Shown piece after piece: positions 50,560-62,437 of a stretch of DNA of 64,000 bases. How positions within the stretch are numbered: the stretch's first letter is position 1; each line of letters opens with the position of its first letter. The stretch covers positions 29,884,001 through 29,948,000 of the forward strand of contig NC_088862.1 in NCBI RefSeq assembly GCF_963853765.1, in the 5' to 3' direction. This DNA is from Magallana gigas (lineage: Eukaryota). The notes beneath the pieces are model-generated. The model worked only from the letters and a program-made list of their open reading frames with translations. It did no database searches and was not told the origin of the DNA. Position numbers and translations under genes: made by a program.

Positions 50560-51300
50560 CAATAACAAATCGTGAACCATCTCAAAAATCCATAAAACGA
50601 AATACAAATTCAAAGCAGAGCAATTTACACGGACCTCCAAATAGATAGAAGTAGGATCAGGTGCCTAGCTAGGAGGAGTGAGCATCCTCTGTTGACCGGT
50701 CACAACCGCCGTGTGCTCTTTGTCATAATAGGGGAAACAAATCGGAAAAGTCCGTAGACAATTAGGTGATTTTAATTATGGTCCAACAATTAGTATGAAA
50801 AACGTCAGTCAGCATGCGACCCAGGGAAGATTATACTTGCTGACAAGGTCGTTGTATCGACCATGGAACTTACGAAAAAATGACATCAAGCGAGACTGTT
50901 GATAGTCCTGTTTTATCTCCTTTTTTTCAGTAGCTTGCTTCGTCTTAGAAACTGAAATACGAAGAGCATGCCCTTGCGTATCGAATCAACTGAGAGACAA
51001 AAACACCATATGCAGGTGATGAAGGTTTACTGCTACATAAGTAAGGTGAGTCGACTATAGAAAAATTGAAGTCATCTCGTTTATCATAAAGTTTTGTTGT
51101 TAGGTTACCATCAATGTCCATGTCTAGTAAAATATCCAAATATGAAACAGATGACGCAGACTCTGTGGTGTCTTTTTTTTCAAGTTCACTGGGATATATC
51201 GAGTCAACGTCAGTATGGAAATAACAATTGTTAATTGAAAATACGTCGTCGAATGTTGAGTTGAAGGCCACAGCGAGTGATATATTTTTTTTCACGTACA
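50560..51300 (-). mobile_element. 5'-truncated Penelope-like retroelement
   Basis: AFNSTF---DDVFSINN (YIDD motif deleted), IYPSELE.KDTTES..SYLDI..TKLYDKRDDFNFSIV..AYGVFVSQLIRYARACS, then SRLMSFFRKFHGRYNDLVSKYN. Confidence 0.9.
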
Positions 51301-51829
51301 ATTTTTTTTAATAAATTCGGCTTCATAAGAAACAAAAATAGATATGCTGAAAATGGAGCACAAATAAATCAGGTGAACATCAGATTTGTTGGAATATGGG
51401 TATATATAATGTTCCTATGACAGTGTGTTCTCACTATATATCTACTATTCTTTTAATTTGTGTAAATGTTTTAATATTTTGCAAGCCGAAAGAAACAGTC
51501 TTTTAATATAATGTGTTATAGAAGAAACATCTTTTCCATCGGCAACCTTAAAAAAAGCCTGAAAGCTCTAAGCGAAATTCAACCTAAAGGGAAGCGTTCG
51601 TGATATTTAGCAAAGGTCAAGGTCTCTGGTTGCAACCAGAGTCAAGATCATTATATTATTCTTAACAATTCTGAACTACAGTTATCAAAGTATCAGGCTT
51701 GTGAACTGCAGATCTCTAATTCAGTTCGCCTGGGGCATATATTTACATACTAGCAGTTCCGAGTCTTTGTCGCTGATAACTCTACAAATAGTTTTTGTAC
51801 TGTAAAATCCAACAAATTCAAATAATATA

Positions 51830-52019
51830 CCGTATATCCGTTTTTTTCGCTTGTCACAAAATTTGCGAAAATTGTGAAAATCTGTACCAATTTTAATTTG
51901 CGGCAGTCACTTTTTACGATTTAAAAGGTTTGTTATAAAAAATGATACAGGATATAATTTTTGCGTATTCCAATACTTGCGATATAAAAGATTTCGCGAA
52001 AAAATTTCCGGATATATGG
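51830..52019. mobile_element. TA-target MITE
   Basis: TA/CCGTATATCCG ... CGGATATATGG/TA with TTTGCGA subterminal motifs. Confidence 0.8.
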
Positions 52020-52134
52020 TATTGTTGGGGCGGGATCAGGGTTTGCATAATTAAAAGAAATGGAAATTTCCAAACTATGTCAATAATCTAATATTTAATA
52101 GTATAACAGCTGAAATTATGTAAATATCAGCGTT

Positions 52135-52370
52135 ATAGAACCATTCTTTGAATATCATAATTATAGTGATACTTTCGGGCTTTACTGGATTTGACCACTC
52201 CCGACCGAAATGATCACCTCAAAATACTCAAAGAATGATTCCTTATTTCTTTAATTTATAGTGAATTAAATTTCTTAAAAAACCTGTCTATCCAAAATTG
52301 CACATATTTTCCTTTATTTGATGTCTCATGCTAACCTTCACAATCAAGTGAATTTCTGTTGATTTAAGAA
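52135..52370. mobile_element. TAAGGAATCATTCTTTG-family hairpin element
   Basis: CATTCTTTGAATAT ... ATACTCAAAGAATGATTCCTTAT inverted arms with CTTTCGGGCTTT in the loop. Confidence 0.65.
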
Positions 52371-53365
52371 AGTATTTCCAAAGTGTTGCGAACCACATTA
52401 AGGGGCAAAGGACATACATCACGTGACTATCATTACAATGATGCTTTGATGTGTTAACTCTATTATGACGTCTTAATTGATTTGATTGTATATTGCTATG
52501 ATGTCATTTATTCATTGTGACGTAGTAAACGGCTCTAAAGTTATCATTGTCAAAACATGAGCTGGTGGAAATTTGACATTTTTAATTGTAGAATTGTAAA
52601 TGTACAAAATCTTAAGTGGTAAATGTAATCAGATATCTATTCTGATAATGATATGTTCATGTTAATTGATAAATCTAAATAATGCATTAATTTTTTTATG
52701 GTCTCAAACAGAATTAGTAAAAAAAAAGTCACAATTCCAGAATAATGGGTAGGGGTCATTCCTAATGAAGTATCTCTCTTAAATGCCTAGAAAGTTGCCA
52801 TGAAAATTTTATGTTTAACATGTAAAGCACATGCTTAAGTTGATATATGAAATTTTTAAAAAGATTTCATTGATAAATTTGTATGTGCCATCATATTTTG
52901 TTCAAATTTAGAATCAGAAACTTCAAATTTGAAGTGCTAATTTCAGCAATCTATTGATAAAATTATGATATTGCTATGTAAAAAAAAGAAATATTGTAAA
53001 CAATTTGAAATTTGTTTTTCGTTCTCAAAATTAATAAATATGATTTGGAAAAATATTTCCATCAACTTGAATAATTATTGAGAAAATTGAAATTGTTACA
53101 CAAAATTCATAATGCCAGAAATAGGGGATAATTCCTATCAAAATATCCCCCTTCAATGGAAAGAAAGTAGTCATGAAAATGATATACATTGTATGTTGTT
53201 GTAGACATCTTAATTTAAATGTGTTACAAAGAAAAAAAAAATCATTGACAAATAATTTTTACACTGCAACCACCTGTTTTCCACCTGTAGGTATTGATAT
53301 GCTTTAACTACATTTAAAATAAAGTAAACATTATATCAGGTAAATTTCACTACATAGTTGTACAA

Positions 53366-56300
53366 TTACAGAACGTTACACATAAGGACGGCAGCCAATA
53401 AGTACAAATAGATTGCAAAGCAGGTGACCATGGCAGCGGCGTTTGTTTTGCTAGGTTCGTCATCGTATGTCGCGAAGACGCGCGCAGGTCCTCCACTTCC
53501 GTCAGCAATATTCAGAACCGGTATGTAAATAGTGCTTCCGCTTTCCGGAACGTTATCCAGATTGGCCACATTTTCGATCCCCACGACTCTGTTTTTCCCC
53601 AGTATCGTGTGGCATGGGAAAGTCGAACTCATTCCGTAATCTGTGGAGGGCGTGTCTACTCCAACAGCATTGATTTGGCGCTTGTTTATCAACCATGTGA
53701 CGGCGTCCTCATGCCAGCTTGGGAAGTGAAATGAAGACTCATTGGAAGGTTTGGGGGACCCAAACACGAGTGTTATATTCGGGTACTTACTCGACCAACC
53801 GGAATTCATTATGGCGACAGCACGTCGTGGCATTTCTCCGTATTTCTTCTCCCACATCAATAAGTCGTCAACAGTGACCCTTAAAGAAGGAAGGGAAGAA
53901 ATGTGATTGTAAAAATGACCTACTGGTACAAATGAAACAAATCTAACACTTATGAAAGGTTCAATTTCGCTTACTTTAATAAATCAATCATGCAAAAAAT
54001 AAAACAAAGTGCGTTTCACTTGCTTAAAAAAGAAAACCAATATCTGAATTAAAATTTAAGCGTTCAATAGTGGATTTACCTTAGTCAAGTATACCTTTAT
54101 CGACACAAATGGAAAAAAAAAACTTGTCAGGATTTTCTATTTTCCATACTACATCAGTGTAAAAAAAGAAAATATTTTAACTTTGTGTTTTAATATTTGT
54201 GTCGTTTTAAATATTTGGCCATGTTGGTTGAAAAAAAAATCTTCATGGAAATTTGGTAGTTATTGGATTGATATTTTTTTGGCAATAAAATCAGGTTTTT
54301 GCCAAAAACTTCATCTGTTGAGGATTGATCCTCCCAACTATATCTAAAAAGTCACAGATGTCAGAGTGAATAATTGTAGAAGCGTCCTTTACAACTTTTG
54401 CTACCTGTAATCCGGATCGGTTGCGGCCTTGGACTTGACATTTATAATGACTCCTGCTCCATACAAGTTTTCTATGGGAATTTGATCGGTTTTCCACATT
54501 CCTTGTACTGTATGAGCGGGTGCGTCTATGTGAGTACCCATGTGTTCAGGCATCGCAAAGTGGTTGTTTTCCAACCTTTGAAAAATAATATAGAAATCTT
54601 TTTACAATCATTTTCATAAACTGCTTTATTTCTTGTCTCCATTTTGCAAAAGAACTTGCAAATAATGACTATTTAAACAATGAAATGCTTTCTTTGGTGA
54701 TGAATCCGGGAAATGAAGATGGCGACGTTGCAGAATTTTTCTCTGCAATGATCGATGGATTCCTTCATACCTTCTTATTGTTTATATTTACTTCTTTATT
54801 TTAACAAATTAATCAATTGGTTGTAAAAAGTAAGTAAAATGAACTAAATTATTGTAATATACATCAGGACGTTAACTAAAAGAAACAGCTAAATTCGAAA
54901 TTCGTATTTTGAAATTTCGAATTCGAGTCTGACATCATCATGATTATTTAATGCAGTCTGTAATTTTTCTTAAGTCGCTTTAGGTTTCGACCAATCGATA
55001 AACAGGGCGTGTAGATTTCTGTCTGGCTGTTTCTATAGACTATTAGTTAACGATGTTTCCGTAATAAAAGGACGGAATCATACTAGGTAGATGTAAATTT
55101 TTACATTTAAAGTATTTTATATTTTTCAGTGTCTTAATTTATTTTCATTATCTTCAAGCTAGTAGTTTATTTATATAAGGAATCATTCTTTGAGTACTAT
55201 GAGATCCTAAATTCGGTCGAGGGCTTTATTATAGATTTGACATTGCTCCGACCGAAATTATTACCTGTCTCGTAATATTCAAAGAATTACATATGTATTC
55301 CTCGTTACTTATATTTATATCATTTCCAATTTTAACACTTTAAAACATATTAAATTAAAGCCACTATTCTTTTCATGTAGCCCATGATCTGTATTACTAC
55401 GCGGCGCAGCCAATACCTTTTTCGGTTATGCTATAAGACACGCCCATTTTGTGTCGCTCATCTTTCATGAAGTGATTGGTTTTTAGAGTTCAAAATTGAT
55501 TTGTTATGTTATCATAGACAAAAACAGTTGAAAATGTAAATGTATGCAATTCAAAACAAGACAGCGTGTTGTATCACATTTTGCGCAATGGATATCAGTC
55601 CACGGACCCTGGAATGTTTAACGGCTTAGTCGTGCGTTTTGGGGGAAAATAGATACCAATCTGACTATAGGAAAAAATACAAATTCAGCGTTTGTGTTTC
55701 CTTTTAAATCAGCATACAGTTTGCAGACAGTAAAAAATCTTTTAATGATAAAAATAAACGTTTTGTTTTACTATATTGGCACGTGGGTAACAGTATATGT
55801 TATCTGTTTATAAAAAGGGGGAAAACCTCCGTTTTAGATAAGCCCTTTGGCACAGAAACTGTCTCTGTTGAAACAATACTTTGTATGAACAAAAAAGTTT
55901 TAATTTTAGTTTGTTCGTCCAACGAGGCCATAGATTGGGGCTCGATACACTTAATATTAATTCTTCAATTTTTTCTATTTTTTTTCTATTACTATTTGAA
56001 GTGGGAAAAATGCTTATTAAGAACTAAAATAAAAAAAACCCATTGAAATCACACGTGTGCCTATTTAGTTATTTATGTGACAATATAAATGTTTTATTTT
56101 TAAGGCAAACGGATAAGTAACGTTTTGTTGTAATCTACGTTTAAGTAAAGATTAAAATGAGGTTGTCTTTGCATGGTAAATAAAGTAGTGCAAGGCGCAA
56201 TGCGTGCGCTGATAGTAAAATTTGCCGTATGCCGGATATAGACACAATTGTGATCGGCCGCAGGAGAGACTGGGACTCGGACAAATCAAATTCAGTATGA

Positions 56301-59300
56301 ATGGCTCATCGCATGCAATAAAGCTTTGTTTACATTTTGTCGGCGACCTAATTCTCTGAAATATCAAGGATACATCGGGCCTACTTTATGCATTGATCAA
56401 GGTTTGTGAAGCATGAAGTCAATGTGTGACAAAGAGGGAATTTCTGACTCTCTAAATATTTCGGCGGGGAAGATACCGTCAGTCTTTGTATACATGTAAA
56501 TAGATTGTTAGAACCATTCACCAATGAGTTCAATTGCTGTTTCATCAATAATTAATAATTAATTATTAGATTTTCAAATGAACTTTAAAAATCGTTGCTA
56601 TCTGTGAAACCTAAATCGCCGATCCAGAAAAGTTTACCAGGAGGAGGGGTGTAAGATCAAAATTTGTTTTTCCGGATTAGGGGTGTCCGATGCCAGATTT
56701 CGGTAATTATATTAAGTTTAAAATACCTAGTGGTCCACCCTCCTTAGATCCGAATTATTAGTATTAATATGATAACCCTTGTAAAATCACAAACTGTTCC
56801 CTGAATATTGCCTTGGACCTTACGGTACTGATCAGACCCAACCTAACAACCCGGGTTTACTTGCTAGGTGTACTCTGGGTTGACTCTGGGTTTACTTTTT
56901 GAAAATTTCGGTCCGCTCGGGGTTTACTTTGGGTTTACTCGCGGTTTATTTTTGGGTTTACTTGCATATTGCTTTTGAGGTCAACAGTACGCACTGAAGT
57001 GTGTAGCAGACCCGTCTTTTATCTTACCATCCTACTGCATGTAATTTCTGCCCCTTGTATATTCCGAATACACACTAAGCGTCTGTTTTCAAGGGTATAC
57101 TTTTAACTGGTTTTCTCCCTGTGTCCACTCTGGGTTTACTTTTGGCATACTCTGGGTTTATTCTGGGTGTACTCTAGTAAACCCGAAGTAAACCCAGAAT
57201 AAACCCAGAAAGTAAACCCAGGGTTTAGTTGGGCTTTACTTTCTGTTAGGTTTGGTCTGATCGGTACTGTATATATATTTATAAATTTCTTTACACGGCG
57301 GGCGTAAAAATTTATATGACAACATGGCGGACGTAACGTTATTTGAGTTGTTTTTTACACAAACGTTCAAACATACCTTTAATTTTTAAGCCCTAAAATA
57401 TTTAGAGTGACCCCCCTTTGCCCGTGACGTAATAAACCGATCTTATTAAATGGCAACCAGACAACTGACGAGAAATAGTACAAAATTAGAAAATAACCCT
57501 ATTTGTTTAATTGTTATATATTATCTGTTGTTGTTTATATATCAAACTTTAGGTCCTCGACAAAACAAAACACTTATTAGGTTTTTTACTGACTGTTTAC
57601 AGATTTTTGTGGGGTCGTTAAGTCCATNNNNNNNNNNNNNNNNNNNNNNNNNNNNNNNNNNNNNNNNNNNNNNNNNNNNNNNNNNNNNNNNNNNNNNNNN
57701 NNNNNNNNNNNNNNNNNNNNNNNNNNNNNNNNNNNNNNNNNNNNNNNNNNNNNNNNNNNNNNNNNNNNNNNNNCTTTAAAAGTTAACCTCATAAAAAAAA
57801 TCTTCCAATGTGCGGGCAGAGTTTTATTCATTTTTTTTTCGACCTAAAAATTGAGAGAGTGAGAGAGCATGGAGTTTGTGCATGCAATAGACTAACCATA
57901 ACATAAGTCTCAGAATACCCCCGGTACAGTTGCGTGAAGTTATAAGACGGGTTTCCAGGCCAGGTCATGGAGTCCTTGTTTTGTTTATAGCTCAGATTCA
58001 CGATTCTTGGCACGGTCTGGACCAAATGGACCGCCGTCGCAAAGAAAAGAACACAGAAGTAGACGTGGTAGGCCATCACTAAGCAGCGCTTCTATATATT
58101 TTACTACTCTTTCGATGAAATCGTGTATCTCTAGATTTGCTCTATTTAACGTTCACATGTAAATGTAAACTCTTTTTCACGCACACCGAGCCTTAGCTAG
58201 GGGATAGAAAATACGCAACGAGTTCGATAAAAATCATATTCCATTGTTAATGATGAGAGAACCTTTTAAAGACACGTATATGTATTTTGTTAAAAATCAA
58301 TCTTTTCGATATTTAAACATTTTAATTGTGATCCGGACAACACATTTACTACATGACCTCGACAACATACGAAAAGAAAAAAGTGCCTTTAAGATTAACA
58401 AACAAGTATTTGATTTCTTAACATGATATTGAATATTCATCACAAGATTTAAGAACATACACCGCAAAATTATCGAATATACATCGTAAGATTTAGAAAA
58501 ATTCATTACAAGATTTTGAACATCCATCATTAGGGTTTAAACATACATCAGAAGATATTGAATATACCTCAAACTATTTTCTTATAAAGCAACGTTTTTC
58601 ATGCGTTATACCCCAACCTGGATTACAAAATGTTAATTAAATCAGTTTCTGCAAAGACATGCTGGAACGCGTTTTGAACAAAAATAATATTACAACTTCT
58701 GCACCGGTAAGTACTATCCAATAAAAGATGAAACAAAACAGACTGGAATCAAGGCAAAGCCAAATTCCCAACCAGAACCGTTATTAAGTAAAATAAAGTT
58801 TATTGCTCTGTTCTGAATTGTAAAACTTTGAAAATTACACATAAGACGACAATGTTTTAGGATGATTGAATTGACTAGTTGCGTATTCAATCCAACATTA
58901 TTAACTACCTTTGTTTAATACTCTTAACAAAAAAAAAATGATAACATACTATGTTGAGCATTTGATGATATATTACATGGACTGCTAGGACATATTGCGT
59001 TTGGCGGATACAAAATTGCTGTGTTGACGTTGTAATTATCCTGCACGGAATTTTAACTTTAGGAGACTGGGTGGTCTTCAACTCAACCATTAGATCTGTT
59101 GTATACTTTGACAAATACTTAATGAAGAAAAATTAAATAGTTTGCTTTAAAATTTGATTATTTTCCTATATCCTTTTACCAAATATTTTGCATTACAAGA
59201 TTAGGTGATCAAAACAGTATAAGAATAGCCATGACCATGACTCCCTTTTAAAGAAGACGCCCACTCACATGGCATTTTCAACATTAAGGTATATATAACG

Positions 59301-60010
59301 TTTTATTATATCTCTGTGAATATTTTCTATGTAAAATTGCAACGAATAACCACGATATTCTATCTAACCGTTGAATAGTTTCCGTGATATCTTTCCGTGT
59401 TAAATAGTCATCGAAACAATTCACCGGAGGCATTCGATTTCCCGCCTTCTTCTTTTTTTTTTTTTAACTCGGAACACCTTTGACGTAATCCGATCGCTAC
59501 ATTAAGTCCGATAACTCTAATTTGTTTATCGTCATGAAATTCTGCATCGCGGACAAATAACGTTTTTTTTTTCATTATAATAAAATACCTATTCACAGAC
59601 TATTTGGACGATAGCAAGTTTTTTGTCTCCCTCAACAGCAACTATTTTCCTCGGCTTCGCCTCCTAAATAACTGCTCTCTTGGGGGACAATTTACTTTTT
59701 ATCGTCTTTTTCTTGTCTATCGTTATTTTGACATTGGATCTGATAAATGGTTAAATTTACCATTCACACATACATATTTGTTAGAAGTAGAGAGAATTGC
59801 ACGATAAAGAGAGTACATTTATACAAACCATGAATTGTCATAAAATCCTCGGTAAAGCACGGTGAATTGATACGGAGGGTTTCCAGGCCAGGTAAGGGAA
59901 GCATTATTTAGTCTATGGCTTAAATCCACAATTCTAGGAACAGCTTGGACTAAACTGACCAAAGCAACCATGCAGAAGAGAACATTGCTTATACAATTTT
60001 TAGACATCAT
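53366..60010 (-). CDS. Cyclase-family (kynurenine formamidase/isatin hydrolase-like) protein: intact 288-aa model using exon 1C plus the copy-B body
   Basis: Exon 1C 60010-59829 (182 nt, signal peptide then PRIVDLSH..TWPGNP, phase-2 donor TG/GTTTGT), exon 2 54575-54405 (EHMGTHIDAPAH) and exon 3 53879-53366 total 867 nt with no stop. The splice junction itself is inferred. Confidence 0.65.
55179..55560 (+). mobile_element. TAAGGAATCATTCTTTG-family hairpin element
   Basis: AAGGAATCATTCTTTGAGTACTATGAG ... CTCGTAATATTCAAAGAAT arms, followed by a body shared with the copy at 8163. Confidence 0.65.
56823..57269 (-). mobile_element. GTAAACCC-repeat MITE (copy 2, inverted relative to 7473-7895)
   Basis: TA/CGGTACTGATCAGACC ... 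GGTCTGATCGGTACTG/TA. The central core is the reverse complement of the copy-1 core. Confidence 0.9.
57628..57773. other. Assembly gap (146 N)
   Basis: Run of N. Confidence 1.
57897..58076 (-). pseudogene. Cyclase exon 1B, out of phase with exon 2
   Basis: MAYHVYFCVLFFATAVHLVQTVPRIVNLSYKQNKDSMTWPGNPSYNFTQLYRGYSETYVM. It is 180 nt, so the donor is phase 0. It lacks the AA seen in copy A (ACTTAT-AA-GTTATG), and splicing to exon 2 gives a stop after 9 codons. Confidence 0.7.
59608..59706. mobile_element. Degenerate hairpin element with GCTTCGC (GCGAAGC) tip
   Basis: GACGATAGCAAG..TTGTCTCCC ... GGGGGACAATTTACTTTTTATCGTC arms around CCTCGGCTTCGCCTC. Confidence 0.6.
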
Positions 60011-61356
60011 ATCTAAATCCTTTCCTTCTCCTTTTTTTTAAAATCAATGTAGCGGTATCTTCTCTCACCTGTACAGGTAAGTTTAATTTTAAATATAATG
60101 AATTCAAGCATGAATGATGAAAACATTCCATTCAATAATCAGAAAGAAATTTTTTTTATAGCCAAAAAAAAATATCTGACCTAATAAGGAAACGTGTTAT
60201 TCATGACATTTCTGTGTACTGAGACATGAAAAAATAGTTAGGTTTGCAAACTTAAGGGTTGAAATAAAAATCAAAGAAAGCAAATTTATCTTTTTGATAA
60301 AAGGCGGATCATAACAGATGGTAGGAGAGATCCGGGTTCAGTAAACCTATTGGGTGTGGGAATTTTAATTAATGTATGACCAGGTCTACATTAAAAGGCC
60401 ATGATACGATGAGTTTAATATATCAATTCTTAAGCTGCAAAACTGTAAAACAAATGTATAATAAGCAGACTGACAGAGCTACGGCATTCTATCTACATTT
60501 TAGTTACTTTTTCAGAGCTGCATTCTGTACTAGAGAAATGTGCATTAGTTATTAATAATATACATCTACAGATATTTGATTGATTCTGTATGCCAATGTC
60601 TTATCCCCTGAATGTGAGATATCATGCTGACATGATCATCCAATTGTTGTTTAACACAAACTATCCATGATAACGGTCAATGCCAGACCACGTATTACTA
60701 GTATTTGGTGTTTTCTCATATACTATTAATGGAAACACTGTAAAAGTTTTTTTCGAAGATACTTCATTTTTGTCTTATACCGCGGTTTTAATTTTTATAA
60801 AACTATCAACCACGCAAGTTTTGGAAATTTTTCCAGTTATGCATATGAAAAAAAACCCCGTAAATACATTGTATAACAAAATTTATAAATCGTACCATCG
60901 TACAAATGTATAAATTTGAAGTGATGTGCATGTACAAGAAAACGAAGTTTTTCTTAAATGAATGGATCAACAAGCAAGCATCATCACAAGGAATAAAAAT
61001 TTATTGTAGTTTATTATAGTGTATTGGCGTATACATTACATGCATTGTCTTAGCATAAATTTAACAGTAGTTAATAATAGTTGTTGGTACCGTTGGGAGG
61101 TGGGTTATATAAATATAGAGTATAAAGTGAAAGAAAAAATATCAAAAAACAAACAGAAAGTAATGTTATAAACTGAATTTACGCTTATTTAGTCTGATGG
61201 TTAAGTTATCCCCCTGGTTAAAATATTCGTAAACATATTTACCATGTTTTCTTAGCGAATATAGAGTCAAAATTAAGTAAGTCACAAGATTTTACCATAC
61301 TTGGTCGTACATCGACGTATTTCTTGATATATAATTTTCTTAACAAACCTATACCT

Positions 61357-61474
61357 AAAAAAGCTCACCGGGATATGAAGTTGGTTGTTCACGTGATCAA
61401 ATTCTGTGAAGCCCGAAGGACACTCGGTAGATTTGATCACGTACCAACCAACTTCATATCCCGGTGAACTTTTT
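61357..61474. mobile_element. Hairpin element with CCGAAGG tip
   Basis: Arms AAAAAGCTCACCGGGATATGAAGTTGGTTGTTCACGTGATCAAAT and ATTTGATCACGTACCAACCAACTTCATATCCCGGTGAACTTTTT, near-perfect over about 44 bp. Confidence 0.8.
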
Positions 61475-62437
61475 AACATTGCTGTTTAATCTTATATTCA
61501 CGTTTGAAAAAGAAAAATCGCCAGAACTGTTAAAATTACCGATATTTTAAGTTTAATCCAAGCGACAAGCAATAAGCGCTGCTGTGATTGTGACGTCTTG
61601 AAAAAGTTCATGCAGAATTGAACGTTTTTGCTATTTAACAGGTTCATATAAGGAAAAATATTTGCAGATGTAAATATATAACCGTGAAAGGTAAGCCTTT
61701 TTAATTTCTACCCGTAAACTTTGGTGAAATCAATTAGACCAATCTTATAAAAATAAATATAGATAAAACATTTTTTTTCATTAACCGACTCCGGGTAATA
61801 CCACAAATCACTAAAACCATTTGACAAAGTGTGTTCTTGACAAAACAAATCCAGCTTGATAACATGTTTTTCAAGTCATATTCATAAATTGTTTTTAAAG
61901 ACAATTTTGGGAGCGTAAATGATATACACATGTACACCTACATGAAGAATTATATGTACATGTATCTTTAGAAAAAGTATATATTTGTAAAATGCTTACC
62001 TTTCACCTTTATATATATACATTTGCAAATATGTTTCCTTATATGAACCTGTAGAATAGCGAAAACGTCCAATTCTGCATGAACTTTTCATGGCGTCATG
62101 ACGTTACAATCATAGCAGCACTTATCGGTTGTTGCCTGGCTTATTGTAAACCTAAAATATTGGTAATTTCAATTTTAAATTATGTTATATATACGGGTAT
62201 GCGGGTACTTTCAGTTATACCCCAATTCTTTATGATGCATAAACCTGTTTTATTGCCTTGAGGAAGACTTTTAAAAAATTAAAAGAACATACAGTCACTA
62301 CATTATACATAACTTAAGTAGCTAAAGGAATAAGATTGCAGTTATATTAAAAGGTATTTAAAAATACCAACATTAAAGACAGCTGTAAAACGTACAGTGT
62401 ATAACATCAGGTTTTCTATTTCCAGAAAAATGTACCA

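Noticed and set aside
58380-58570. Weakly repetitive coding-looking stretch upstream of exon 1B
   Set aside because: Stops in all frames; looks like a decayed short-unit repeat.
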